Assembly: GCA_903908245.1 (NCBI GenBank)
Contig: CAIVRE010000011.1
Span: 2,411 to 66,410, forward strand
Reading direction: 5' to 3'
Length of the DNA stretch: 64,000 nucleotides
DNA from: Candidatus Omnitrophota bacterium
Lineage (GTDB): Bacteria > Omnitrophota > Gorgyraeia > Zapsychrales > Fredricksoniimonadaceae
Each line of letters starts with the position of its first letter. Position 1 is the stretch's first letter. Shown here in pieces: positions 39,467 to 48,686 of this stretch. The notes below the pieces were generated by a model, which was not told the DNA's origin, searched no databases, and was given only the letters and a program-made list of their open reading frames with translations. The position numbers and the translations under genes were made by a program.

Positions 39467-39473
39467 AGGGGGA

Positions 39474-39566
39474 ATGCCTCTTGTTTGGAAAAATAGTCTT
39501 GTTTGTTGCTGTATAGTTTTGTATGCTCTTTTTTCAGAGGATTTAACGGAGATCAGGGATCATTAG
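39474..39566 (+). CDS. candidate 30-aa Cys-rich small ORF (MPLVWKNSLVCCCIVLYALFSEDLTEIRDH)
   Basis: Not in 60-aa ORF track. Strong SD GGAGG 4-6 nt upstream, stop TAG 39564-66, 13 nt before downstream membrane GT gene. Confidence 0.3.
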   Translation: MPLVWKNSLVCCCIVLYALFSEDLTEIRDH

Positions 39567-39579
39567 GTAAAGGCGTGCC

Positions 39580-41334
39580 ATGCCGGTCAAAAGTTTTCTT
39601 AGAAGCAAGGTCGCGATTATCGTTGTTTTGGCTTTGGCCACGGCATTGACATTTCAATGCGTCCGGCGGTTTCAGTTCCTGGGCATGGACGATCATGTTT
39701 ATGTCTGGAACAATGACGCTGTCAAGAAGGGCTTCACGCCCGAAGGCATTCGATGGGCGTTGTGCGCCGACCTGTGTTTTCCCGACAATCAGGCCGATTA
39801 TTGGCAGCCCATGACGTTCCTTTCCAGGATGCTGGATGTTCAGCTTTTCGGGATGGATCCGGGGGCGCATCATCTGGTCAATTTGTTCTTCCATATTCTT
39901 AATGCCAGCCTTTTATTCATCATCCTCTGGCTTTTTACCCGACGACAATACTTGAGCTTTCTGGCCGCATTATTATTTGCCCTGCACCCTTTGAACAGTG
40001 AGGTTTTGGGGTGGGTTACCGCGCGGAAAGACGTCTTGTCCCATTTCTTTGCTTTAACGTCCATGGCCTTATATTTTTATTGGGGGAAGATCTCCTGGAA
40101 AAAATACGCGCTGCTCGTTGTCATCTTTGCTTTTGGCCTGATGTCCAAGCCGACAGTGATCGTCTTGCCTGCGCTTTTGTTCATGATGGAATGCATGCGT
40201 TTTGACGGCCAGTTTTGGCTGGAGAATATAAAGAGCGCCTTGCGCAAGACCTGGCCGTTCTTCTTGGTCGCACTGGCGTATTTCCCAATCCCATGGATAG
40301 GCCAGCCGCATGCATTTAAGGACGCTGTTAATCCGCCGGTTCTAAAGGCGGTGTCCGCTTATGGGTTTTATCTTCAAAAGATCCTTTGGCCATCGGATTT
40401 AACATTGTACGGCCCTGTGCCGTATAGTCCGGTGAATGGGAGGGGGGTTGGCATTACTGTTTTTGTTCTTGGTTCCATCACGGCGCTGGCCATGAAATTC
40501 TATCGACGGGAGAAAATGCTGGCGGTGGGGTGGGGGGTGTTCCTGATATGTATGTTGCCGTCTGTTTTTATCGACTGGCCGGCAGATCGGTTCACCTATT
40601 TATCCAAGGCCGGGATATTGATCATGCTTGTCTGGGCTTTTGCCTTATGGCGTCCGAAGGTTCGGCTTCTCTGCCTGGCATTGGCGGGTGTTATTGCCTA
40701 TATTGTTTTATCTGTACATGCCATTATGTTTTGGCAGAATGACCAGATCCTTATGGAACGCGCGCTGAGGTTCTACCCCAATAATTACGCGGCGCATAAC
40801 CTTTTAGGCGTCTGGTATGGCCAAAGGAGCGATCTGGTCAAGGCGGAGGGCCATCTTCAGAATGCGATCGATATTTATCCCGGCCGCGATAAGCCCTGGG
40901 CTAACTTGGGCAATATCCGCATGGAACAAAAACGCTACGATGAGGCCAGGCGCTTGTTTCGGGAATCCTTGAAACGCAACCCTGATGACTATCAAACGAT
41001 CACAAATCTGGGTAATGCGTACATCAATTTAAAGGATTATAAAAGGGCTATAGAGGTTTATCAGGAAGCCCTGAAGCTGCGGCCTAATGAGCGTCAGATC
41101 CTTAATAATATGGCTATAGCGTATTTGGCGGATGGTGATCCTCAAGAGGCCTTAAAGCTTGCGGAAGGCCTTCAGGATGCCCGGTTGTATTTTTTTCTGG
41201 GAGCCAGGGCTTATGAGGCGGGCGATAAGTCGTTGGCCATTGAAATGCTGGAAAGGTCTGTTAACTTAAACCCGGAGAGTGGCGCCAGGGCTGTTGAATT
41301 GATCAGAAAGATCCAAGGGGGCGATTCCAATTGA
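39580..41334 (+). CDS. PMT/ArnT-like (GT-C) polytopic membrane domain fused to C-terminal TPR repeats
   Basis: ~11 TM N-terminal domain resembling PMT_2 family, C-terminal TPR repeats (e.g. ...YDEARRLFRESLKRNPDDYQTITNLGNAYINLKDY...). Confidence 0.65.
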   Translation: MPVKSFLRSKVAIIVVLALATALTFQCVRRFQFLGMDDHVYVWNNDAVKKGFTPEGIRWALCADLCFPDNQADYWQPMTFLSRMLDVQLFGMDPGAHHLVNLFFHILNASLLFIILWLFTRRQYLSFLAALLFALHPLNSEVLGWVTARKDVLSHFFALTSMALYFYWGKISWKKYALLVVIFAFGLMSKPTVIVLPALLFMMECMRFDGQFWLENIKSALRKTWPFFLVALAYFPIPWIGQPHAFKDAVNPPVLKAVSAYGFYLQKILWPSDLTLYGPVPYSPVNGRGVGITVFVLGSITALAMKFYRREKMLAVGWGVFLICMLPSVFIDWPADRFTYLSKAGILIMLVWAFALWRPKVRLLCLALAGVIAYIVLSVHAIMFWQNDQILMERALRFYPNNYAAHNLLGVWYGQRSDLVKAEGHLQNAIDIYPGRDKPWANLGNIRMEQKRYDEARRLFRESLKRNPDDYQTITNLGNAYINLKDYKRAIEVYQEALKLRPNERQILNNMAIAYLADGDPQEALKLAEGLQDARLYFFLGARAYEAGDKSLAIEMLERSVNLNPESGARAVELIRKIQGGDSN

Positions 41335-41419
41335 TCTAATATGTTATGTTCACTGTACCAAAAGGCGTTTCCCTGTGTGCGTAGTTAACATAACACATAT
41401 TATAGGAAGTTGTCGGGAT

Positions 41420-41450
41420 GTGAAAAAGTCGGCCTTCCTGGGCCGCTGAA
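41420..41450 (-). terminator. weak candidate terminator after Fe-ADH gene
   Basis: Minus-strand CGGCC-CAGGAA-GGCCG hairpin followed by ACTTTTT. Confidence 0.25.
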
Positions 41451-41457
41451 GCTTATA

Positions 41458-42600
41458 TTAAGCCCGCATCAGAATGATCTTTTCTGCCGCTTCTGGCGTA
41501 ATGTCCCCATGTTCGCCAAAGACAACACCCCGTTTGGTGAATCGTGCGCGGATTTCACGGCCCGCCTCTTCGGCGTTGATCTTATACTCCGAGAAGCGCG
41601 TCTTCATCCCTAATGACCTGAAGAATGCCTCTGTCCGATCGATGGCATCCTGGGCTGAATTGGCCTGCCAGACATTCCGGCCGTATTGTTCCAGTTTGGC
41701 CTGTTTGTCCTTGAATTTGTATTCCCAGACTCCAAAGAGCACAATTGCGAGGGTTTCGGCATGGTCCAGGCCGTATAAAGCCGTTATTTCAACGGAAATA
41801 CGATGGGTGGACCAATCCTGCGGAACTCCGACGCTGATAAGGTAATTTAAGGCCAATGTGGCGCTCCACATGAAAGTCGCGCGGGCTTCATAATTGGCCG
41901 GATCCTTTAAAGTAACGGGCCCGACTTCAGCCAAAGTCTGCAATAACGATTCAGCCCAGCGGTCCTGTAAAGGTGCCGACGACGGATAAGTGATGTATTG
42001 TTCCAGGACATGCGTGAATGCATCGACAATACCGTTACGGACCTGTTTTTGAGGAATTGTCAAAGTCACTGCCGGATCCAGAATAGCGAACCTTGGATAT
42101 ACATGCGGCGATACGAACATTAATTTTTCCTGAGTGTCTCGTCGGGAAATGACTGCGTTGCCGTTATTCTCGGATCCCGTGGCCGGGATGGTGAGCACAA
42201 CGCCCACCGGCAGGGCTTTCGTGATATTGGCCCCTTTATGCAGAATGATCTCCCAGGGGTCTTTGCCCTGGAAATAGGCTGCCGCCGCAATGAACTTCCC
42301 GGAATCGATCACTGACCCTCCCCCGACCGCCAGAATAAATCCGACGGACTCGCGTCGGACAATATCCAAAGCTTTCAGGCAGGTTCCTAGCTGGGGGTTG
42401 GGCTCTACCCCGCCGAATTCAATGATATTTCGCCCGGCCAATGCTGCCCGGACCTGGTCATAGACGCCGTTCTTCTTGATCGACCCGCCGCCGTACAGGA
42501 ATAGGACGGGCTTGTCCGCAGGAACGCGTGTAACAAGTTCTTTGATCATGCCCTGGCCGAAAATGATCTCGGTTGGATTTTTATAAATAAAATTCTTCAT
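41458..42600 (-). CDS. iron-containing (group III) alcohol dehydrogenase
   Basis: GGGSVIDSGK NAD-binding motif and metal-binding His residues of Fe-ADH family. Confidence 0.85.
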   Translation of the reverse strand: MKNFIYKNPTEIIFGQGMIKELVTRVPADKPVLFLYGGGSIKKNGVYDQVRAALAGRNIIEFGGVEPNPQLGTCLKALDIVRRESVGFILAVGGGSVIDSGKFIAAAAYFQGKDPWEIILHKGANITKALPVGVVLTIPATGSENNGNAVISRRDTQEKLMFVSPHVYPRFAILDPAVTLTIPQKQVRNGIVDAFTHVLEQYITYPSSAPLQDRWAESLLQTLAEVGPVTLKDPANYEARATFMWSATLALNYLISVGVPQDWSTHRISVEITALYGLDHAETLAIVLFGVWEYKFKDKQAKLEQYGRNVWQANSAQDAIDRTEAFFRSLGMKTRFSEYKINAEEAGREIRARFTKRGVVFGEHGDITPEAAEKIILMRA

Positions 42601-42612
42601 GTATCCTTTCCG

Positions 42613-43662
42613 TTATAGTTCTTTCTTTCGCGCCCAACGTAATGTTGCACTCTTGGAGCGTGGATTGTCATATCGTTCCTCGGATGTAGCCCGGATAGGT
42701 TCGCGGCTTATATCGGCATACACCCCGGATTTTAATCCTTCCTGGAAGGAATGGACAACGCGATCATCCTCTCCGGAATGGAAAGTAAGAATAGCAACCT
42801 TACCATTGGGCTTAAGGCATGCGGGCAGGTTCTTCAGGAATTGTTCCAGGACAAAGAATTCGTCATTAACAGCGATACGCAAAGCCTGGAATGTCCTTCG
42901 GATAGACCGTATCCGTTCTTCTTTGTCGGCATCGGAGAATGCACGGGGCAGTGCCCGCCGTACGGCCTCAGCCAGTTCTGTGGTGGTGGATATCTTCATG
43001 CGCGATTTAAAAACAATTTTTGCGATCTGTTGTGCGTATGGTTCATCCGAATTGGTCTGTAGCATTTCTTCGAGGCCTTGTTCCGACAGTGACTGCAGCA
43101 GGGTTGATGCCGGTTGGCCGCGTTCGGGGTTGAGCCGCAGATCAAGCGGCCCTTCCCTTTTGAAGGTGAACCCTCGCGCAGGGTCGTCCAACTGCATGGA
43201 GGATATGCCCAGGTCCGCCAGGATGAGGTCAAACCCGCCCCCTGCTTCGGGCAGGATCTTTTGGACGCCGGCGAAGTTGATCCGCCTGAGAATGAGGCTC
43301 TGTTCGGTGTATCCCTGTGCCCGCAGACGTGCTTGAGTCCGTTTTATTTCAATAGGATCAACATCGATCCCCCACAGGCATCCATTCGGGGTGATGCGCG
43401 CAAGGATCTCGCGGGCATGTCCGCCGTACCCGAGCGTTGCGTCAAGGGCGGTCTGGCCTGGGCATGGATCAAGGACCTTAAGGATCTCCTGGACGAGGAT
43501 CGGACGGTGCGAGCCTGCCGGAGTTTTCCCGCTTTGAATGATCTTTTGCACATCATCCGCATAGTGTTCAGGGTCGAGCTCCTTGTATTTCTCGTTGAAC
43601 CGGCGCGGATTCTTGCCTTTGTAACGTTCACGGCGCTTTTTTTGTGGGGCTTCGCTGCCCAT
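42613..43662 (-). CDS. rsmH: 16S rRNA (cytosine1402-N4)-methyltransferase
   Basis: MraW family motifs (DATLGYGGH, LADLGISS, SGEDD). Confidence 0.85.
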   Translation of the reverse strand: MGSEAPQKKRRERYKGKNPRRFNEKYKELDPEHYADDVQKIIQSGKTPAGSHRPILVQEILKVLDPCPGQTALDATLGYGGHAREILARITPNGCLWGIDVDPIEIKRTQARLRAQGYTEQSLILRRINFAGVQKILPEAGGGFDLILADLGISSMQLDDPARGFTFKREGPLDLRLNPERGQPASTLLQSLSEQGLEEMLQTNSDEPYAQQIAKIVFKSRMKISTTTELAEAVRRALPRAFSDADKEERIRSIRRTFQALRIAVNDEFFVLEQFLKNLPACLKPNGKVAILTFHSGEDDRVVHSFQEGLKSGVYADISREPIRATSEERYDNPRSKSATLRWARKKEL

Positions 43663-43677
43663 GGAGCACTTTCCTTT

Positions 43678-44151
43678 TTATTTTGCCTGGCTTTGACCCA
43701 TTGGCTGAGTTTGGACTGTTACTTTCCCTTGTTGCCCCTGTTGTTCCTTCATTTCCTGGTGATGTTCCCTGCGGTTTTCATCAAAATGACGCAGGCTTCT
43801 TTCGTCTTTTTCGATATTCTTGTGGATAAAGCGCATCTGTTTTTCCAGCGGATTAGCCTTTGCCTGTATTTTCTGAACCTGTTCCCTTAATGGACTTATT
43901 TGTGCCTGGAGTTTCTTGATTTGATCATTCAACGGTTTCATTTGGGCCTGAAGAGGTTGAAGTTGGTCCTGTAATTGCTTTTCTTGTATACGTAATAACT
44001 GGATCTGCTGGCGAATTTCCTTGGCTTCTCCTTGTTTCCCATATTCGTTCACCGCAGGGGTTGCTGTCTGTTGGGCACGGACTGGGGATACAGCAATAAA
44101 TATCATGGGCAGAGCAATGATCGTCGTTAAGAATGCTTTTGATACCTTCAT
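43678..44151 (-). CDS. secreted coiled-coil protein with ~11-aa Q/L/K-rich repeats
   Basis: Signal peptide; repeats LQPLQAQMKP / LNDQIKKLQAQISP / LREQVQKIQAKANP. Confidence 0.55.
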   Translation of the reverse strand: MKVSKAFLTTIIALPMIFIAVSPVRAQQTATPAVNEYGKQGEAKEIRQQIQLLRIQEKQLQDQLQPLQAQMKPLNDQIKKLQAQISPLREQVQKIQAKANPLEKQMRFIHKNIEKDERSLRHFDENRREHHQEMKEQQGQQGKVTVQTQPMGQSQAK

Positions 44152-44202
44152 ATTACCTCCATTGGTTGTCCTGACATGAGTTGTCCCTGTGTAATTGTAT
44201 TA

Positions 44203-44763
44203 TTATTTGCTAGTTCCAGTCTTAGTTAAGGGCGGCTTCTGGGTTTCGTTCTTTTGAGGAACTTCTTTGGAAGAAGATTCTTTACTTAACAGCTCTTGTG
44301 CTTTTTGAAGGTCGCTCTTGTCTTGATAACAACGAGCAAGTTCCTCTTTGGTGCTCTGCAATTCACTTTTTGCCGCGCCCGAATTCTTACTCAAAGCACT
44401 CAGGTCTTTTTGAAGGGAGTCTTTGTCTTTTTGGGTAGCTTGTAATTCATTCGTTGTTGCCTTTAATGCGTCATTTAACTGATCCTGCTTTTTTTGAAGC
44501 GTGTCCCTGTCCTCTTTAGTGGTCTGCAATCTGTCTTTTATCGCATCCATATCTTTGGTTAACTCATCTTGTTTTTTCTGAAGAGAGTCCTTGTCTTGTT
44601 TAATGCGGGCCATTTCGGTTTTTGTCCCGGACAGTTGTTCGTTTGTATCGTCCAACTCTTTTTGTTTCGCGTTCAATGCTCCGTTACAAATAAAATATAT
44701 ACTCCCCAAAAACAGAAGCACGACAACTAAAAATACGATAAAGATCATTTTCTTCTTTTCCAT
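44203..44763 (-). CDS. membrane-anchored coiled-coil protein with four ~28-aa tandem repeats
   Basis: N-terminal TM helix; repeats KDSLQKKQDELTKD.../RDTLQKKQDQLNDA.../KDSLQKDLSALSKN... Confidence 0.55.
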   Translation of the reverse strand: MEKKKMIFIVFLVVVLLFLGSIYFICNGALNAKQKELDDTNEQLSGTKTEMARIKQDKDSLQKKQDELTKDMDAIKDRLQTTKEDRDTLQKKQDQLNDALKATTNELQATQKDKDSLQKDLSALSKNSGAAKSELQSTKEELARCYQDKSDLQKAQELLSKESSSKEVPQKNETQKPPLTKTGTSK

Positions 44764-44791
44764 ATATCCTCCTGGTTTTATTAATTAAAGA

Positions 44792-45346
44792 TCATTTCTT
44801 TTTCTCGTCCGGGTGGGGCAAAATATCAGTTGTGGCTGAAAGCGGCGGAGCTTTTTCTTCTTTCATCTTTTTTTGATGGTGATGGGTCACCCGTTCTTCA
44901 GCCAGAACTTTTAACTTTGCCTGGGATTCAGTCCGTATCGCGTACAGTTTCTTTCGCTGTTCCGGCGTTAAGATCCCCCGGAGCTTGAACAAATAGTCAA
45001 TGCGATTATCGATAAGCTTCTCTTGAACTGCCAGGATCTCGTGTGCCATGGAATGAAGTTGGGCTTGATCAGGATCTTCCAATGATAATTCCTGCCTCAG
45101 GGCCGCATGTTTTGTCTTTATCTGCTCCCGCAAGGTGCTTTGATCGGCCAGAAATCCCTTGCTGAGTGCCTCTTTTTTCTGCGACTGCAGATTGGAAAAT
45201 CCAAAGCCCCCCTCTTCCAGCGTATTTATGTCATAGCCGACCGCAGCAATGTCCACTTCGACAGATTGTGCTGACGCCCGTCCTGTCAAAGGAAGGGTCA
45301 TGGCCAAAGCCAAGAAAAGAGTACTTAAATTAAGGCTTGATCGCAC
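44792..45346 (-). CDS. periplasmic Spy/CpxP-family (LTxxQ motif) protein
   Basis: Signal peptide; LTPEQRKKL LTxxQ-type motif in helical protein. Confidence 0.5.
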   Translation of the reverse strand: MRSSLNLSTLFLALAMTLPLTGRASAQSVEVDIAAVGYDINTLEEGGFGFSNLQSQKKEALSKGFLADQSTLREQIKTKHAALRQELSLEDPDQAQLHSMAHEILAVQEKLIDNRIDYLFKLRGILTPEQRKKLYAIRTESQAKLKVLAEERVTHHHQKKMKEEKAPPLSATTDILPHPDEKKK

Positions 45347-45352
45347 GGCCGT

Positions 45353-45730
45353 TCAACCTTTGCTGAGAATGACGATAATAATGCCAACCAGGATAAGCCC
45401 TGTGCCCAGGATCCGTTTCTTGGTGATGTGTTCTTTAAAGATGAAGTGTGATGCCGCCAGGATCATGATGTACTGAATGCTGTCGAGCGGGAAGGCAATG
45501 CTCAGGTCCATTTGAGCCAGGACCGTCATCCAGATCGTCATCCCGCAAGCCACAGACAACAGGCCCAGCCATGTTGTTGGCAGCCGGAGGACGGATTTGA
45601 AAAAGAGCAGGTATCCCCTGATATCCTCAGGATGAGTGTCGGGTAGGCTGTTGACGCTCTTTTTAAAGAGAACGTGCATGCAGGCGCCGAACAATTCAGT
45701 GAGAAGGATAAGACAAAAAACTTTAATCAT
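45353..45730 (-). CDS. small 4-TM EamA-like protein, ArnE/ArnF-like flippase subunit
   Basis: Start at MIKVF (8-nt overlap with upstream paralog); 4 hydrophobic helices; pairs with next gene. Confidence 0.55.
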   Translation of the reverse strand: MIKVFCLILLTELFGACMHVLFKKSVNSLPDTHPEDIRGYLLFFKSVLRLPTTWLGLLSVACGMTIWMTVLAQMDLSIAFPLDSIQYIMILAASHFIFKEHITKKRILGTGLILVGIIIVILSKG

Positions 45731-46148
45731 GATCCGATCCTGCCCGTTTGCGCGTTGATTGAAAGATGAAATAAATGCCAAGGATAATAAAACAAACTCC
45801 TACCCACCTTAACGGACTGATATTTTCATGCAGGAAGACCAGTGATAATACCATGACGATAATGTAGTTCGTGCTGCCGATCGGGTAAACAACGCTTAGG
45901 TCCGCCTTGGAAAGAGCCGTGATCCAAAAGAAGAAGTTGAGGATATAGAGGCTGATGCCGATCCATAAATAACCGCTGTGGCATATTCCTGTTATGAATA
46001 ATGCGAGATTGCTGAAGGTGATATTGTCGAGCCCCGAAGCCAGGGCGGCTTTCTTATAAAACAGTTCTCCGAGGGATTCAAGGATATCCGAAAAGAGGAC
46101 AAGGAATATGATGCCAAAAGATAGAATATTGATGTTAGGCTTTTTCAT
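45723..46148 (-). CDS. small 4-TM EamA-like protein, ArnE/ArnF-like flippase subunit
   Basis: 141 aa; EamA-type motif SKADLSVVYPIGSTNYI. Confidence 0.55.
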   Translation of the reverse strand: MKKPNINILSFGIIFLVLFSDILESLGELFYKKAALASGLDNITFSNLALFITGICHSGYLWIGISLYILNFFFWITALSKADLSVVYPIGSTNYIIVMVLSLVFLHENISPLRWVGVCFIILGIYFIFQSTRKRAGSDHD

Positions 46149-47281
46149 GATGATCCGGCTTTCACGGATTTTAGGACAGGGTCGAAATTCTCCGGTTTAA
46201 GAACAAGGCCTAAAAGCCCGAAGAAAATATTGATAACAGGATTTCTGTGTTTCGCGTAGATATATTGTGGGGTAAAAACAAAATCCAGGCGTTTCTTGGG
46301 TTCGTAATTCAAGGCTCCGGCTTCGTAACTTTGAATGCCGTTCTCGATACACCATCGGATAATAACACGGTATGTGTCAAAGTAAAGGTGGTATTGATAA
46401 GCTACGGAATAATCCAGGCCGATATATTCATCGACCATTTGGTTATGGGATACCAGACAAAGGTCAAAGGCCACTAATTTCCCGTTGAGTTTCCAAAGAA
46501 AGAATTTTGCCTCCCCTGGCATGCGGGCAGCGATCTGCTCAAAGAATGATCTGGGCAGGACTTCAAACTGGATTTCGCTTTTTTGAAGAGTGTTCAGGTA
46601 AAGCTGGTAAGCGTCATCTGCCAATTCCCCGAGGTTGTCCTGCACTTCCACTTTCAGGAGTGGCTGGTCGTCAATTTCTTTAAACTTCTTTTTAAGGCTT
46701 TTGCGGGTAGATTTGCTGAGTGAGGCGAGGTAATCATCGAAAGATCTGAAGTTTATCTTCAGTTCAACTGAAGGGAAACTGCGTATTTTATGGAAACTGT
46801 AAGTTGAAAGGTTGTCGAGGAATCCTGTATAGGCCTGATGAAAATCTTTAAAGGCTAAAATATTGATCTTTTCCTGGCGGGCCAGTGAAGAAATGGTTTC
46901 ATTCAGGGCCCGGGCGATCTCCGGCTGATCCTGCCCGATCACCCCCAGCTTTCCACCGGACAAGGGGGATCCGCAAATAAACACCTTAAGGTTGAACAAA
47001 TGCGGCAGTCTTTTTTTAATTGCGCGGGTGAGCTTTTTGAAGGGGCCCTTGATCGTTGTATCAAGAGCAACTTCGGTGACGAACGCGGGAACAAGGCATA
47101 TGATCTGGGAGCCTTTGCAGATCGTCAGGTAATAAAATTTATATTCATCGGAGAAGGATTCCTCGACAACTTTATAGAAGGCATAGTTCTCTGGAACAGA
47201 AGGAAAGATGCTCGCCCATGTCGCCGGGGCGATCTCATCAATCGATCGAAAGATCACAGTTGTTAATCCGGGTCTTTCCAT
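46145..47281 (-). CDS. FemAB/BioF2-like GNAT-fold acyl/aminoacyl-transferase
   Basis: 378 aa; overall similarity pattern to PF13480/FemAB-type acetyltransferases; 4-nt overlap with flippase-like gene. Confidence 0.4.
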   Translation of the reverse strand: MERPGLTTVIFRSIDEIAPATWASIFPSVPENYAFYKVVEESFSDEYKFYYLTICKGSQIICLVPAFVTEVALDTTIKGPFKKLTRAIKKRLPHLFNLKVFICGSPLSGGKLGVIGQDQPEIARALNETISSLARQEKINILAFKDFHQAYTGFLDNLSTYSFHKIRSFPSVELKINFRSFDDYLASLSKSTRKSLKKKFKEIDDQPLLKVEVQDNLGELADDAYQLYLNTLQKSEIQFEVLPRSFFEQIAARMPGEAKFFLWKLNGKLVAFDLCLVSHNQMVDEYIGLDYSVAYQYHLYFDTYRVIIRWCIENGIQSYEAGALNYEPKKRLDFVFTPQYIYAKHRNPVINIFFGLLGLVLKPENFDPVLKSVKAGSS

Positions 47282-47282
47282 T

Positions 47283-48686
47283 CTACATAGCCGTGGCTAT
47301 CGCTTTTTGTAGTGCTTCTTCAAAAAGGTCCACCGCCAGGTCGATCTCCTGTTCCGTGATGTAAAGCGATGGCGCGAGCGTAAAAACGTTCTTGTAGTAT
47401 CCGCCCACATCCAGGACAAGCCCGTGTTTTTTGCCGCCGGCTTTTAATTCACCGCTGAGCCCGATGTTCATGATCGCATCCGTTAACTCCCGGTTTGGCG
47501 TAAATCCGTCTTTCTGGCATATTTCGATCCGCAGGGCCAATCCCATCCCTTCGACTTCGCCGATCTGCGGATATTTCTTTTGGAGGTTTTTAAGCCGGGA
47601 CACGAAATACCGGCCTTTAAGCGGAACGGATGTCGCGAAGTCCGATCCCTCGATCAGGTCCATGACTTCCAGCCCGACCGCGGTCCCCAGCGGATTCGAA
47701 GAGAATGTTGCGTGGGTCATCCCCGGAGGAAAGACTTCCGGCGAGATCAGTTCTTCTTTTGCCCAGATCGCCGAGATCGGGTTAAGGCCATTGGTCAGGG
47801 CTTTGCCGAACACCATGATATCCGGTGTAACTCCGTAATTTTCGATCGCCCAAAGTTTGCCTGTCCGATAAAATCCCATTTGGATCTCGTCATCCACCAG
47901 CAGGATCTTGTAGCGGTCGAGGATCTTCTTCAATTCCACAAAATAATCTTTTGGCGGGATGACATAACCGCCTGTTGCCTGGATCGGTTCCACGAAGAAT
48001 GCGCCGTATTCACACTGGCGCGTTTTTGTATTAACAAGCGAATAATATTCCGACTCAAAAAGCCGTTCGAACTGCCGCAGGCATGCGAACTGGCAGGTCT
48101 CTTTCTTCTTCCCCAGCGGGCAGCGGAAACAATACGGATACGGGACAAAATTGGCCCGGTCCGCGAAATGCCCGAACTTTTCACGGTAGCGATAACTCGA
48201 GGTGATCGCGGTCGCGCCCAATGTACGGCCATGGTAGCTTCCCATGAACGCAAAGACCGGATTCTTTTTTGTATGATTACGGACGACCTTGATGGCATCT
48301 TCGATCGCAGAGGCCCCTCCGACATTAAAATGCACCCGGCCTTTGGCTTTGAATTTTTGCTCAATATCCCGGGAGATCTTGGCCGACAACAGGATCTTTT
48401 CTTTGTGCAGATACTGACAGGCCAGTTGAGGTAAAGTATTGACCTGCCTGGTAAGCGCCGTTCTCAGGCGTGGATGGTTATAGCCGAATGTCGCCGCCGA
48501 ATACCACATCTGAAGGTCAAAGAACGGGGTGCCTTTTTCATCGTAGAGATAGCTGCCTTCACAGCGGGTAAAAATATTCAGTTCTTTGGCATAATGGACC
48601 GTATCACCCCATGAGCAATACTGCGACTCCAGTTTCAATAATTCCTGATCAGAGAGCTTCTTGTCTTCTTTTTTCGTTTTATTCAT
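47283..48686 (-). CDS. class III PLP-dependent aminotransferase
   Basis: DEIQMGFYRTGKLWA and FGK PLP-lysine motifs. Confidence 0.8.
   Translation of the reverse strand: MNKTKKEDKKLSDQELLKLESQYCSWGDTVHYAKELNIFTRCEGSYLYDEKGTPFFDLQMWYSAATFGYNHPRLRTALTRQVNTLPQLACQYLHKEKILLSAKISRDIEQKFKAKGRVHFNVGGASAIEDAIKVVRNHTKKNPVFAFMGSYHGRTLGATAITSSYRYREKFGHFADRANFVPYPYCFRCPLGKKKETCQFACLRQFERLFESEYYSLVNTKTRQCEYGAFFVEPIQATGGYVIPPKDYFVELKKILDRYKILLVDDEIQMGFYRTGKLWAIENYGVTPDIMVFGKALTNGLNPISAIWAKEELISPEVFPPGMTHATFSSNPLGTAVGLEVMDLIEGSDFATSVPLKGRYFVSRLKNLQKKYPQIGEVEGMGLALRIEICQKDGFTPNRELTDAIMNIGLSGELKAGGKKHGLVLDVGGYYKNVFTLAPSLYITEQEIDLAVDLFEEALQKAIATAM

Noticed and set aside
39380-39579. Cobalamin or SAM riboswitch next to B12-radical-SAM genes
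   Set aside because: I could not find the B12-box consensus or SAM-I/II core motifs. The structure present is a simple SD-sequestering palindrome.
41335-41457. Long-range inverted repeat ATGTTATGTT...AACATAACACAT as a mobile-element end
   Set aside because: It is a single imperfect copy in a convergent intergenic region, with no target-site duplication or transposase. It is more likely terminator or structural RNA.
47580-48434. 284-aa + strand ORF
   Set aside because: Antisense to the class-III aminotransferase gene, whose motifs are clear. Its translation is low complexity.
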